Shown piece by piece: positions 10,009-18,827 of a stretch of 64,000 bases of DNA. The stretch covers positions 5,408,001 to 5,472,000 of the forward strand of contig CAVUSO010000001.1 of assembly GCA_963744145.1 (NCBI GenBank), written 5' to 3'. How positions within the stretch are numbered: position 1 is the stretch's first letter; each line of letters opens with the position of its first letter. A program made the translations under genes and the position numbers. The notes beneath the pieces were generated by a model that saw only the letters and a program-made list of their open reading frames with translations, was not told the DNA's origin and did no database searches. The DNA comes from an uncultured cyanobacterium. Its GTDB lineage: Bacteria; Cyanobacteriota; Cyanobacteriia; Cyanobacteriales; CAWUOF01.

Positions 10009-11620
10009 ATATTGAAAAAAATTGGCAGGGAATAAATTTTGAAGATGCCAATCCTAGTATTACGGGTAATCAATTTATCTTTAATAATCAAACACCTTCA
10101 ATTCCTGTTTATAATATTCCTTATACTGGTGTTCTTAATTTTGTAGGACGAAAAACGGAACTGCAAACACTGCAAGGGCAATTCCAGAAGTGTGATGGTG
10201 TAGTCATTTCTGCTGTGGCGGGGATGGGTGGTGTGGGCAAAACTGAATTGGCGATTAAATATGCACGCACCCATGAACAAGATTATCCTGGAGGGATTTG
10301 CTGGTTATCTGCTAGAGATGAGGGTTTAGCTAATAATATTTTACAATTTGCGCTGCTTGATCTGAAGTTGGAAGTGCCGCAAAAATTAGGCGAAAAACTG
10401 CTATCTCTTAAAGAACAGGTAAGCTGGTGTTGGCAGCATTGGCAACCATCGGCGGGGGCAGTTTTATTGGTGTTAGATGATGTTACTATTTGGAAAAGTT
10501 GTCGAGATTTTATTCCCAAAATTAATCGCTTTAAGATTTTAATTACTACCCGATTACGACATCTCGATAGCAATTTTCTTCAGTTATCGTTAGATGTATT
10601 TTCACCGGATGAAGCTTTAGAATTTTTGAGGAATTTGCTTGGGGAAAAGCGAGTAGCACAGGAACTGGAAATTGCTAAAGATTTATGTAAATGGCTGGGG
10701 TATCTGCCTTTGGGGTTGGAATTGGTAGGACGATATTTGGTGGAAGATCCTGATTTGTCTTTAATGAAAATGTGGGAGAGGTTAAGACAAAAACGGTTGG
10801 AAGATGAGGCAGTTAATCCTGGAGATGAAGATTTACAGGATACAGAAATGACAGCAAAGAGAGGAGTAAAAACTGCGTTTGAGTTAAGCTGGCAAGAATT
10901 GGATGTGATGACACAGCAATTAGGGGAATTGTTGAGTTTGTTTGCGCCAGCTATTATTCCTTGGAAATTATTAGTTGAATCTATAGCTAAATTGCTGAAT
11001 TGGAATGAGGCAGAGGTTGATAAAGGAAAAAAGGAACTTTATAAGCGATTTTTAATTAAGAGGTTAGCAGAAAGAGAGGCTTGTTATGAAATTCACCCTT
11101 TGATTAGGGAGTTTTTGAAAGCAAAGATAGATGAGTCTGAACTAGCACAAGATGTCAAACAGGCTTTTGTAGAAGTGATGGTAACAATGGCCAAGGAAAT
11201 TCCTGATTCAATCACGATAGATTTAATTGAGAAGTTAAAAGTTGTAATTCCTCATCTAGAAGAAGTAGCGGAAAACTTGATTGATATAGTTAGGGATGAA
11301 GATTTATATTGCGTTTTTTTAATGGGTTAGGTAGATTTTATCAAGGTCAAGGATTATATAATTTAGCAGAACCCTGGTTAGAACAGTCTTTAAGCAAAAT
11401 AAAAGCAAAGTTGGGCAACGACCATCCCGATGTGGCTGCCAGTTTGAACAATCTGGCATTACTCTACAACAACCAAGGGAGATACGCAGAAGCGGAACCG
11501 TTATTCCTTGACGCTTTAGTAATATGCGAAAATTGTTTAGGAAAAGATCATCCTGGTACTATTGATATTCGTCAAAATCTAGATATACTTAAAGAATATC
11601 TCAGCCAGAGTAAATATTAG
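10005..11620 (+). CDS. NB-ARC + TPR protein (bacterial NLR), frameshifted at T7 tract 11314-11320
   Basis: Walker A GMGGVGKT, Walker B VLDDV, ITTR and GYLPLGL. Kinesin-light-chain-type TPRs (HPDVAASLNNLALLYNNQGRYAEAEPL) are in the next frame (11309-11620). Confidence 0.85.
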
Positions 11621-11735
11621 CGATCGCCTGATCTATCTGAAAATGTTTAAAATCATCTTAATAACTCTGTTTCGCGATCGCATATTCCTTACTCGCTAGG
11701 GAAACTGTCAAACAAGGATTTACAGGCTGAAACCT
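11513..11735 (+). repeat. Direct repeat copy 1 (3' end of the TPR gene plus downstream DNA); copy 2 at 13844-14168
   Basis: Near-identical text, e.g. tagcgatcgcctgatctatctgaaaatgtttaaaatcatcttaataactc, occurs in both. Confidence 0.9.
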
Positions 11736-11878
11736 TCGATATCTTGCTTATTGATTGCCAAAAATTCTGTAAAACCTTTATCCAGCATAGCCTCAACCGG
11801 AAAAATTAATCCCTCTCCTGTAATCAACTCAATCTCAAAAAATAATTCCCCTTTGCTGCCAAACCTCCCCTCAATTAT
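11720..11878 (-). pseudogene. Truncated clan AA (retropepsin-like) aspartic protease
   Basis: Reads IIEGRFGSKGELFFEIELITGEGLIFPVEAMLDKGFTEFLAIN. ATA stands where ATG is expected, the catalytic DTG appears as DKG, and it stops after about 52 aa. Confidence 0.65.
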
Positions 11879-12192
11879 ATTCTACCAGTTGCCCCTGATT
11901 CATTCAAACAAAACATACAGTGGATAGTGTTTGGGTGTTTTTGCTGTGCCTTTTGGCTGGCTATTTCCTGATCAGAATCAATAAAATAATCCCCACTATT
12001 GGGTTCAACTGCAATATACCAGCCATAGTGTTTCTCAATTAGTTCAGGAGATACTTGCTCAAAAATTTTTCGACAACGCTGATGAAAAGCTTCTCTCTCG
12101 GCTTTATGTCTAGCTTTTTCTGCGGGTGACCATTGAATTTCTGGAAAAATTCTGCCTCGACGGACAATTCTCTGGGGAGTAGATTGGGTCAT
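11875..12192 (-). CDS. Hypothetical protein of the type paired with clan AA aspartic proteases
   Basis: YGWYIAVEPNSGDYFID...GATGRI; coupled to the protease remnant. Confidence 0.7.
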   Translation of the reverse strand: MTQSTPQRIVRRGRIFPEIQWSPAEKARHKAEREAFHQRCRKIFEQVSPELIEKHYGWYIAVEPNSGDYFIDSDQEIASQKAQQKHPNTIHCMFCLNESGATGRI

Positions 12193-12499
12193 AATTCGCT
12201 CTAAATACTCATTTTTGTCTATTTGGGATTTCAGCCAAAAGATAGTCAGAAACTAATTCAAATTTGTTTGCTGATTACACTATAATTATAGCAGATTTTT
12301 GTGATAAAATTTATACCAGCTAAGGCTAATTCGGTAAAAATCTTCTTCATGGTAACTGTAAAGTTGCAAAGTTATTTATCCCAAAAATGCAACAACTATG
12401 CTATAATAAAATTAGTTGATTAAACAAAACGTCAAACTTATTATTCTGGACTAGCATTAATTACCCCTCAAAAAATCGATCAAGGAGGGTCGATTTGTC

Positions 12500-12820
12500 A
12501 TGATAGAAACAGAAAAAATTCTGCAAATTAGTCGGGCTATTGCTAGGGAATTTAAGCCAAACAAAATTATTTTATTTGGTTCATACGCTTATGGGAATCC
12601 TCAAGATGACTCAGATGTTGATTTATTAGTCATTTTGCCGTACAAGGGGAGTAATTTTCAGAAAAGTTGGGAAATTTTAAATAAAATTCAACCGAATTTT
12701 GCTCTAGATTTGTTAGTGCGAACTCCTGGAGATGTGGAGCAACGTCTCGCCTGGAATGATTTTTTTCTGCGGGAAATCATTGAAAAAGGAAAAGTGATTT
12801 ATGAATCCGCTAACAGTTGA
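12500..12820 (+). CDS. Minimal nucleotidyltransferase (MNT) antitoxin
   Basis: LFGSYAYG...DSDVDLLV motif. Confidence 0.9.
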   Translation: MIETEKILQISRAIAREFKPNKIILFGSYAYGNPQDDSDVDLLVILPYKGSNFQKSWEILNKIQPNFALDLLVRTPGDVEQRLAWNDFFLREIIEKGKVIYESANS

Positions 12821-12983
12821 ATGGGTTGATAAAGCTGAGGGGGATTTTATTACAGCTTTGCGGGAGTTACGAGCCAGGAAATCTCCCAACTATGATGCGG
12901 CATCTTTTCACGCTCAACAGTGTGTTGAGAAATATTTGAAAGCGCATTTGCAAGAATCTGGAATTGCTTTCAGTAAAACATAG
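12801..12983 (+). pseudogene. HEPN-domain toxin, truncated at 60 aa
   Basis: EWVDKAEGD...FHAQQCVEKYLKA, then TAG where KTH is expected. It is followed by a 24-bp repeat (12994-13017) also found at 41240-41263. Confidence 0.8.
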
Positions 12984-13046
12984 CTGTATGGCATTCATAA
13001 ACCTGGAATAGGCTGTAAACTGTCAAGAAGTAATAGGAAAAATATA

Positions 13047-13331
13047 ATGCAAGCATATAAACTCAAAGGAAAAATAGATCCATCTGGTAATTTAGTGATT
13101 ACCGAAACCGTAAATTTACCCCCTGGAGATGTGGAAGTGATAGTCTGGCAAACTACTGAGATGTTTGATAACACTACAACTTCAGCAAGTGAACTACGAT
13201 CAGAAACACCAAAGAGAAAATCTAGGGTAAAAGCATTTGAGGGTTTATTTGAAAATGCTCCACCCATCCCACCAAACTTTGATCCAGACCTAGCTAAATG
13301 GGAATATTTAAAAGAGAAACATAAGCTGTGA
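13047..13331 (+). CDS. Probable antitoxin of the downstream PIN toxin
   Basis: 94 aa ending AKWEYLKEKH; GTGA overlap with the PIN gene. Confidence 0.7.
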   Translation: MQAYKLKGKIDPSGNLVITETVNLPPGDVEVIVWQTTEMFDNTTTSASELRSETPKRKSRVKAFEGLFENAPPIPPNFDPDLAKWEYLKEKHKL

Positions 13332-13747
13332 AAATCTTGCTAGATACTAATATAGTTGTTGATGATGCCCTGGAAAGACAGCCTTTTTGGGATGCAAGCG
13401 AGCAAGTTTTATCCCTGATTGAACAAAGACAAATTGAAAGTTATATTTCAGCTTCAACTTTTAGTGATTTGTATTACATCATCCGTAGAGCAAGAGGTAA
13501 AGATTGGACGTTTACTTATTTAAACCAGTTAGTTACCTTTTGCCGAATTGCTACTGTAAATCAGGCAGTAATTACAATGGCTATCACCGCAAATTTTAGT
13601 GATTTTGAAGATGCCATTCAATACGCCACTGCTGTATTAAATCAATTAGATGTGATTATTACCCGTAATCCTAAAGACTTCTCTGTTGTTCAACCGCGAA
13701 TTCTTACTCCTCAGCAATTAATTGAGGAATTAAAAAATTCTTGTTGA
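13328..13747 (+). CDS. PIN domain toxin (VapC-like)
   Basis: LLDTNIVVD...DFEDAIQ...TRNPKDF. Confidence 0.9.
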   Translation: MKILLDTNIVVDDALERQPFWDASEQVLSLIEQRQIESYISASTFSDLYYIIRRARGKDWTFTYLNQLVTFCRIATVNQAVITMAITANFSDFEDAIQYATAVLNQLDVIITRNPKDFSVVQPRILTPQQLIEELKNSC

Positions 13748-13843
13748 GTGATTTCAACAATGAAAAAATCGAATAATTTTCAAACTTTCAATCCCGCGAT
13801 CGCAACACCCAAGAAAATATATTTATTACTGTTATATCTTGAG

Positions 13844-14168
13844 GCTTTAGTAATATGCGAAAGGGCGTTGCTGATTTACGGTATGAATAAAGAATTTGTA
13901 GGGGTGTATGGCTTTTGAGCCCAGGGCGCATAGCCATGCGCCCCTACAGAATTTTCATACCCTGATTAAGCAACGCCAGATCATCCTAATACTATTGTTA
14001 TTCGTGAAAATCTAAATATACTTAAAGAATCTCTCAGCCAGAGTAAAGATTAGCGATCGCCTGATCTATCTGAAAATGTTTAAAATCATCTTAATAACTC
14101 TCTTTCGCGATCGCATATTCCCTACTCGCTAGGGAAACTGTCAAATAAGGATTTACAGGCTGAAACCT
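13844..14168 (+). repeat. Direct repeat copy 2 of 11513-11735, interrupted by a MITE
   Basis: Colinear with copy 1 apart from the insertion at 13864-13977. Confidence 0.9.
13864..13977. mobile_element. MITE-like element with ~24-bp imperfect TIRs and an internal REP hairpin
   Basis: Ends GGCGTTGCTGATTTACGGTATGAA and TTCATACCCTGATTAAGCAACGCC; inner TGTAGGGG...CCCCTACA. Absent from the paralogous copy, where about 12 bp occupy the site. Confidence 0.8.
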
Positions 14169-14353
14169 ACTTATAATTCGCTCTAAATACTCATTTTTAT
14201 CTATGATTTTAGCTCGGAATTGACAAGCGATCGCGGTGCTGATGACACTAAATGCTACTCTAAATATAGACAGGATATTTAATATTAATAATTCTGGCGT
14301 GATGTTTAAATTACATTTTCGCTCATTAGGTTGATTGGGCAAGGGTGAAAATA

Positions 14354-14701
14354 TTACAAAGGTAAGTATTGAACTTGGTTGATTAAATCTTCAGGGTCAC
14401 TTACTTTCGCAAGTATTTCTAAGTCGCGCACACAATCGCCAACGGTTACATACTGTTGATGCGCGTAGATAACCCCACTAAAATTTATTCCCTCTTGCTG
14501 GTGATGATTTGCCATGACTAAAAAATCATCATCTTGGGTAAAAATAACCCGCTGAAGTTCCGTAGCACGATCAAGTAAAATCGGATCAGGTGTGCCAGTT
14601 CTGCCATCTTCTTGTACGGTGAGAACGTCTATCCCTCGCAATTTTAAACCATTTGTAATAGCTCGGCGGACATGTTCATCGATGTACAGAGCTAGGGTCA
14701 T
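14354..14701 (-). CDS. DUF5615 family PIN-like toxin
   Basis: LYIDEHV...GIDVLTV...FTQDDDF. Confidence 0.85.
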   Translation of the reverse strand: MTLALYIDEHVRRAITNGLKLRGIDVLTVQEDGRTGTPDPILLDRATELQRVIFTQDDDFLVMANHHQQEGINFSGVIYAHQQYVTVGDCVRDLEILAKVSDPEDLINQVQYLPL

Positions 14702-15015
14702 TTAATTAGCCCTTGGATGCGAAGTTTTTTAACTAAAGCAGATTCACCAGTTTGTTGACGTAACTTTTCAACCTGCTCGAATCGTTGCTGCATATCGGCA
14801 TCTAGTTCTTCTTTGTTATCCCAATAATAAGCTAAGGCAGAATAAATTTGACTCATGCTTAAATAGGGGTGTTGAAATTTAATTTCTTCGGGACTCCAGC
14901 CAAAACTAAGATGACCGGAAACTAATTCAATTACTTTCATCGTTGTTCCGGCGATGTAGGGAACTTTGTTTTCATCCAGTTCTATATATTTGTGTTGAGT
15001 AGCAGTCAAGTTCAT
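14698..15015 (-). CDS. DUF433 family antitoxin
   Basis: PYIAGTTMKV...GWSPEEI...QIYSALAYY. Probable start MNLTAT at 15015. Confidence 0.85.
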   Translation of the reverse strand: MNLTATQHKYIELDENKVPYIAGTTMKVIELVSGHLSFGWSPEEIKFQHPYLSMSQIYSALAYYWDNKEELDADMQQRFEQVEKLRQQTGESALVKKLRIQGLIK

Positions 15016-15115
15016 CAAATTTGCCTTGTTGCTGATTACACTATAATTATAGCAGATTTTTGTGATTCGGCTGATAAAGATACGGTGAGCGATTGAATCC
15101 GGTTGATTAATTCTG

Positions 15116-15490
15116 TTAACCTTGCCCGTTGCCTTGGTTTCTCTGTTGAAGTTGTAAATATTCCCAGATGCGTCTAATCTCGGCTCGATCTTCTGCACTA
15201 CGTTCTGCTAATTCCGTATTGCGTTGTGCTAGTTCGCGATCGTGTTGTGCTAATTCGATATTGCGTTGTGCCAATTCCAACATAAATCCGGACAAGTTGG
15301 TAACAGTAGCCGTCAATTGCCGTTGGCTCTCGAAGAGAGAATCTACCTTATCAGTAATAACCGAAAATTCTCCCTGAAGTGCGAGGATTTCATCAAGCAA
15401 GATATTCGTTCTTTTCCCAAATTCGGTCTCGTCCTGACTAACTCGTTCTCTTAACGCTGTTATTTGTTCTTGTAGTGAATTGGTTTCCAT
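15116..15490 (-). CDS. Hypothetical coiled-coil protein
   Basis: Heptad repeats ELAQRNI/ELAQHDR/ELAQRNT; ends EIRRIWEYL. Confidence 0.6.
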   Translation of the reverse strand: METNSLQEQITALRERVSQDETEFGKRTNILLDEILALQGEFSVITDKVDSLFESQRQLTATVTNLSGFMLELAQRNIELAQHDRELAQRNTELAERSAEDRAEIRRIWEYLQLQQRNQGNGQG

Positions 15491-15642
15491 CTTGCTTTAG
15501 TTGATTTGGCTCAATCTTATTATAGCTGTCTGTTATATCAGTGGGTTGTCCTAGTTTTCCGGCGATCGCTGCTACCCAGATCGGAAATGTAGCTATTGTC
15601 CTAGGTCCACGCTGCGCGATTACCTACGGTATACTAAGTGAA

Positions 15643-15670
15643 GTAGGGGCGTATTGCAATACGCCCCTAC
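15643..15670. repeat. REP hairpin GTAGGGGCGTATTGCAATACGCCCCTAC
   Basis: Perfect palindrome beginning GTAG. Confidence 0.85.
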
Positions 15671-15685
15671 GGTTTCTGATATCTA

Positions 15686-16246
15686 TTAGTCCTCAAAAAT
15701 CGCATCAACACTAATCACTATGTCCGGAAATGAAAGAGGTGAGATACTTTCACCGCGTCTAAATTGTTGGATACTTTCATAACCATTAGCTCCGGGATTA
15801 CGATAAACCTCAACTAATTCAGCCCGTACATCTACGATCCAAAGTTCAATAATCCCAGCTCTCCCATAGAGAACTGACTTCACATTGCGATCGTTGTCGA
15901 TGGTCGTATCTGCTACTTCGATCAATAAATATACGTCTTGGGGTTGGGGGTGTAACTTTCGGTATGAACGACGTTTCAAGATTGATACATCAGGTTGGGG
16001 TTCTAATCCCCCGTTTAGCCTGACTGGAGTTTGTGACAAGATTGAAATACGTTTACCCAAAGCGTCATAGAATAGTTCATACAAGCAACCAATACAGCCT
16101 GCATGACGACTACCCATCGGTGCCATAAGAATTATATCCCCATCAATTAGTTCAGTCCGTTCATCAGGTCCAATTATCCCAACTTCCCCCAGCTTGTAAT
16201 ATTCCTCCACAGTAAATTTCTTTCGCTCTGTTGCTACTACAGACAT
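15686..16246 (-). CDS. Uma2 family endonuclease-like protein
   Basis: FTVEEYY...ELIDG...EPQPD...LIEVAD. Confidence 0.9.
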   Translation of the reverse strand: MSVVATERKKFTVEEYYKLGEVGIIGPDERTELIDGDIILMAPMGSRHAGCIGCLYELFYDALGKRISILSQTPVRLNGGLEPQPDVSILKRRSYRKLHPQPQDVYLLIEVADTTIDNDRNVKSVLYGRAGIIELWIVDVRAELVEVYRNPGANGYESIQQFRRGESISPLSFPDIVISVDAIFED

Positions 16247-16447
16247 AATCCTTATCCTATTGCTTGAATGGGGTCTATCTAACAATTAGATTTTACTCTG
16301 ATGGCTTTCTTCGTAGGCTGATTGTCCCGTAGGCGATCCAGTTCCCAGTCGCATATTTGGGATTGACTCAACTCTTCTCTGTAATGTTCAGATGTTGGTT
16401 AAAACTCACAGGAACCACAGCATCGATCGCATCTTTCGACTTGAGAA

Positions 16448-17761
16448 TTAAGTTCTCCCATTCACAAATAATCCCTCCACAATTACAGACGGAGTATAAC
16501 AAGCACCATTCCAATCCGCATCACCACCGATTTCTACAATATGGTTTAAAGCTGTATAAACATTTCCAGCTACCATAGTGTCTTTCACTCGACCAATTAC
16601 TTGACCATTCTTTACGAGATAACCAAGCTCAACATTAATCGAAAAATCACCGGAAATCCCGGCACTACTACCGAGAATTTGATCAACAATTAATCCATCA
16701 CCTAGAGTAGCAATTAAATCAAGTAAAGGACGTTTCCCTGGATCAATCATCAGGTTAAATAAACCTGGAGTGGGATAGCTGCCTAAACTGGGCCGAAATC
16801 CATTCCCCGTGGAACTACTCCCTAGCGATCGACCTACAGTGCGATCGGTATAAAATAGTTGTAAGATCCCATTTTGGATAAACACCAAAGGCCAAGTACG
16901 AGAACCTTCATCATCAAATGGACAACTAAATGGCCCTGCATCCGGTTGTTGACGTAAGGTAAGCAGAGGGGATACCACTGATTCACCCAAGCGATCGCTC
17001 CAAGGGGAAGCTTTTTCCAGGACTTGTTTCCCATTCAGGGCAGTTTGAACTGTTCCCCACAGCATATCCGCAGCTTTGGCTGTAAATAAAATGGGTATCC
17101 GGCCAGTTGGGGGCGCAACATTATTTTTAGCCCAATCAAGCCGCTGCAAAATTTGATGGATCAGAGCTAAGGGTTCAAGACTACCCCGTTGAGTTTGGCC
17201 ATCAGAGACACAGAGTAAGTCATCATTGCGAACCCACTCAGCGGCTAGATAACAACTAAGAGTAGTGTCAGTATAACCACAATCTAATCCATGGGAATTA
17301 ATTAAGCGAGTAGTTTCAATTTCGCATTCCCATTCTGCGGTGCAAAGGATTTCTGGGTTAGCATCTCGAATTAAAGCGATCGCTTCTTTTCCCCAACCGA
17401 TTAATTGCTCGACCGGCACCACTTGTCCGAGATCGGGATATTCGATCTGATCTGTAGGAGCAGCGATCTCAATCGTTTCTGGTTCATTCAAGGTGCTAAT
17501 CGCGATCGCCCGTTCCACCAGACTTTGAGGGTCGAATTGACCATAGGCCACGGCCAGACCTGGGCGACCATTGCGCCAGAGTCGGAGGGCTGTACCTTCT
17601 GATTGGATACTTTCTAATTGTTTGAGGCGGTTGGCTTCAAAAAAGATTGGTCGCGAAAGCGATCGCGAATGAAATACTTCGGCGGCTTGACTGCCTGACT
17701 TATGTGCTAACTCAAGCAGTTGTTCTGCTAGCTCATTTAATTGCAAATTCTCAGAACCCAT
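16448..17761 (-). CDS. TldE/PmbA family protein
   Basis: FDDEG, GNGFR and SGDFSINV motifs; no HExxxH. Confidence 0.88.
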   Translation of the reverse strand: MGSENLQLNELAEQLLELAHKSGSQAAEVFHSRSLSRPIFFEANRLKQLESIQSEGTALRLWRNGRPGLAVAYGQFDPQSLVERAIAISTLNEPETIEIAAPTDQIEYPDLGQVVPVEQLIGWGKEAIALIRDANPEILCTAEWECEIETTRLINSHGLDCGYTDTTLSCYLAAEWVRNDDLLCVSDGQTQRGSLEPLALIHQILQRLDWAKNNVAPPTGRIPILFTAKAADMLWGTVQTALNGKQVLEKASPWSDRLGESVVSPLLTLRQQPDAGPFSCPFDDEGSRTWPLVFIQNGILQLFYTDRTVGRSLGSSSTGNGFRPSLGSYPTPGLFNLMIDPGKRPLLDLIATLGDGLIVDQILGSSAGISGDFSINVELGYLVKNGQVIGRVKDTMVAGNVYTALNHIVEIGGDADWNGACYTPSVIVEGLFVNGRT

Positions 17762-17853
17762 AAAAGGCAAAACTCAGAACTGTGCCAATCCAAAAGCCAC
17801 AACTCAAAATTACTTCTGACTTGAACACTTCTGACTCCTGAATTGTTTTTACT

Positions 17854-18744
17854 TTACGCTAAATTGACTTCTTGTAATAACCAAAATCCAGCAAATGATT
17901 CTGATTGGGGATGATCTTGCACGGCTAAAAAATGGACTTGTGCCGCTTTTTGTTTAGCTTGAGCAAATTTTTGTGCTTCTGCTTGGAGTTGAGGTTGGTT
18001 AAGATTAGCCAAAATCCAGGCTTCACTAGCTCCAGTTTCTAGGAGTAATCGGGCTGGGGGTTCTCCTTCTACTTTGAGAAAAGCTAAATCTAATCCTGAT
18101 GCCCAACCAGCGAGAGCTAAGGCCCGATTTGAAAAAATCACGACTCCAGGAATGGGGCTAGTTGGATCTAGGGGTGCAGTCACACCTTTTTTGTCGCCAA
18201 TTTGCAAAGGAAAAGCTTCCTGAAAGTCTATTGGCCATTCTCTCATGTCCTCAAAGTCCTGAGCTGCTAAGGTGACAAATGCCCACTTTTCCCCAATTAA
18301 AGCTTCGGGTAGGGGCTGATTTGCAGATGGTTCAAACCTTATTCCTGCTGCTATTGCGGCTGGATCAAATCCAGGTTGTTCAGGGTAAATAGTTTGCATT
18401 CGTTCTTCTAACCATTGATGTAGCGCATAGGTTCGTCGGCTTGGTTGCGGTTGAATCCCTAAATCATTGCAGGCTTTGGTAATCATATTATTCATCTGAC
18501 GACGAAAGAAGCGGATTTTATGCGGGGTTTGTCCAGCTTGAGCGATCGCTGCTGTAATCGCTTGACGTAACCACAGGGAATTTACCTCAGCACTACCACA
18601 ATATTGAGAGTAGCGAAATAAGGAATCTGGTTGACGATCGAAATCCAATGGACTCTCACAGACCAAGACTTCCCAAATTTTTTTCTGTTGTTCGTCCAGA
18701 ATTGGACGGGAATAAAAATCTAATTCCCAGATGATATTTCCCAT
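17854..18744 (-). CDS. Tab2/Atab2 family RNA-binding protein (DUF1092)
   Basis: WELDFYSRP...VNSLWL...FFRRQM...FAGFWLL. Confidence 0.9.
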   Translation of the reverse strand: MGNIIWELDFYSRPILDEQQKKIWEVLVCESPLDFDRQPDSLFRYSQYCGSAEVNSLWLRQAITAAIAQAGQTPHKIRFFRRQMNNMITKACNDLGIQPQPSRRTYALHQWLEERMQTIYPEQPGFDPAAIAAGIRFEPSANQPLPEALIGEKWAFVTLAAQDFEDMREWPIDFQEAFPLQIGDKKGVTAPLDPTSPIPGVVIFSNRALALAGWASGLDLAFLKVEGEPPARLLLETGASEAWILANLNQPQLQAEAQKFAQAKQKAAQVHFLAVQDHPQSESFAGFWLLQEVNLA

Positions 18745-18827
18745 GCTCCTCAGTTTAAATTTTGCTCATCCTTTTATCATAGGGGGATGGGGTAATATAA
18801 TTTGAGTTGCTAGTTGAGATTAGGGTG

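Noticed and set aside
9555..10091. 178-aa minus-strand ORF, and other antisense ORFs such as 1316-1684, 31468-31821 and 37568-37921
   Set aside because: They shadow well-supported genes on the opposite strand and have no recognisable motifs.
14091..14342. 83-aa ORF
   Set aside because: It is assembled from the patchwork of duplicated flanks and is probably not a gene.
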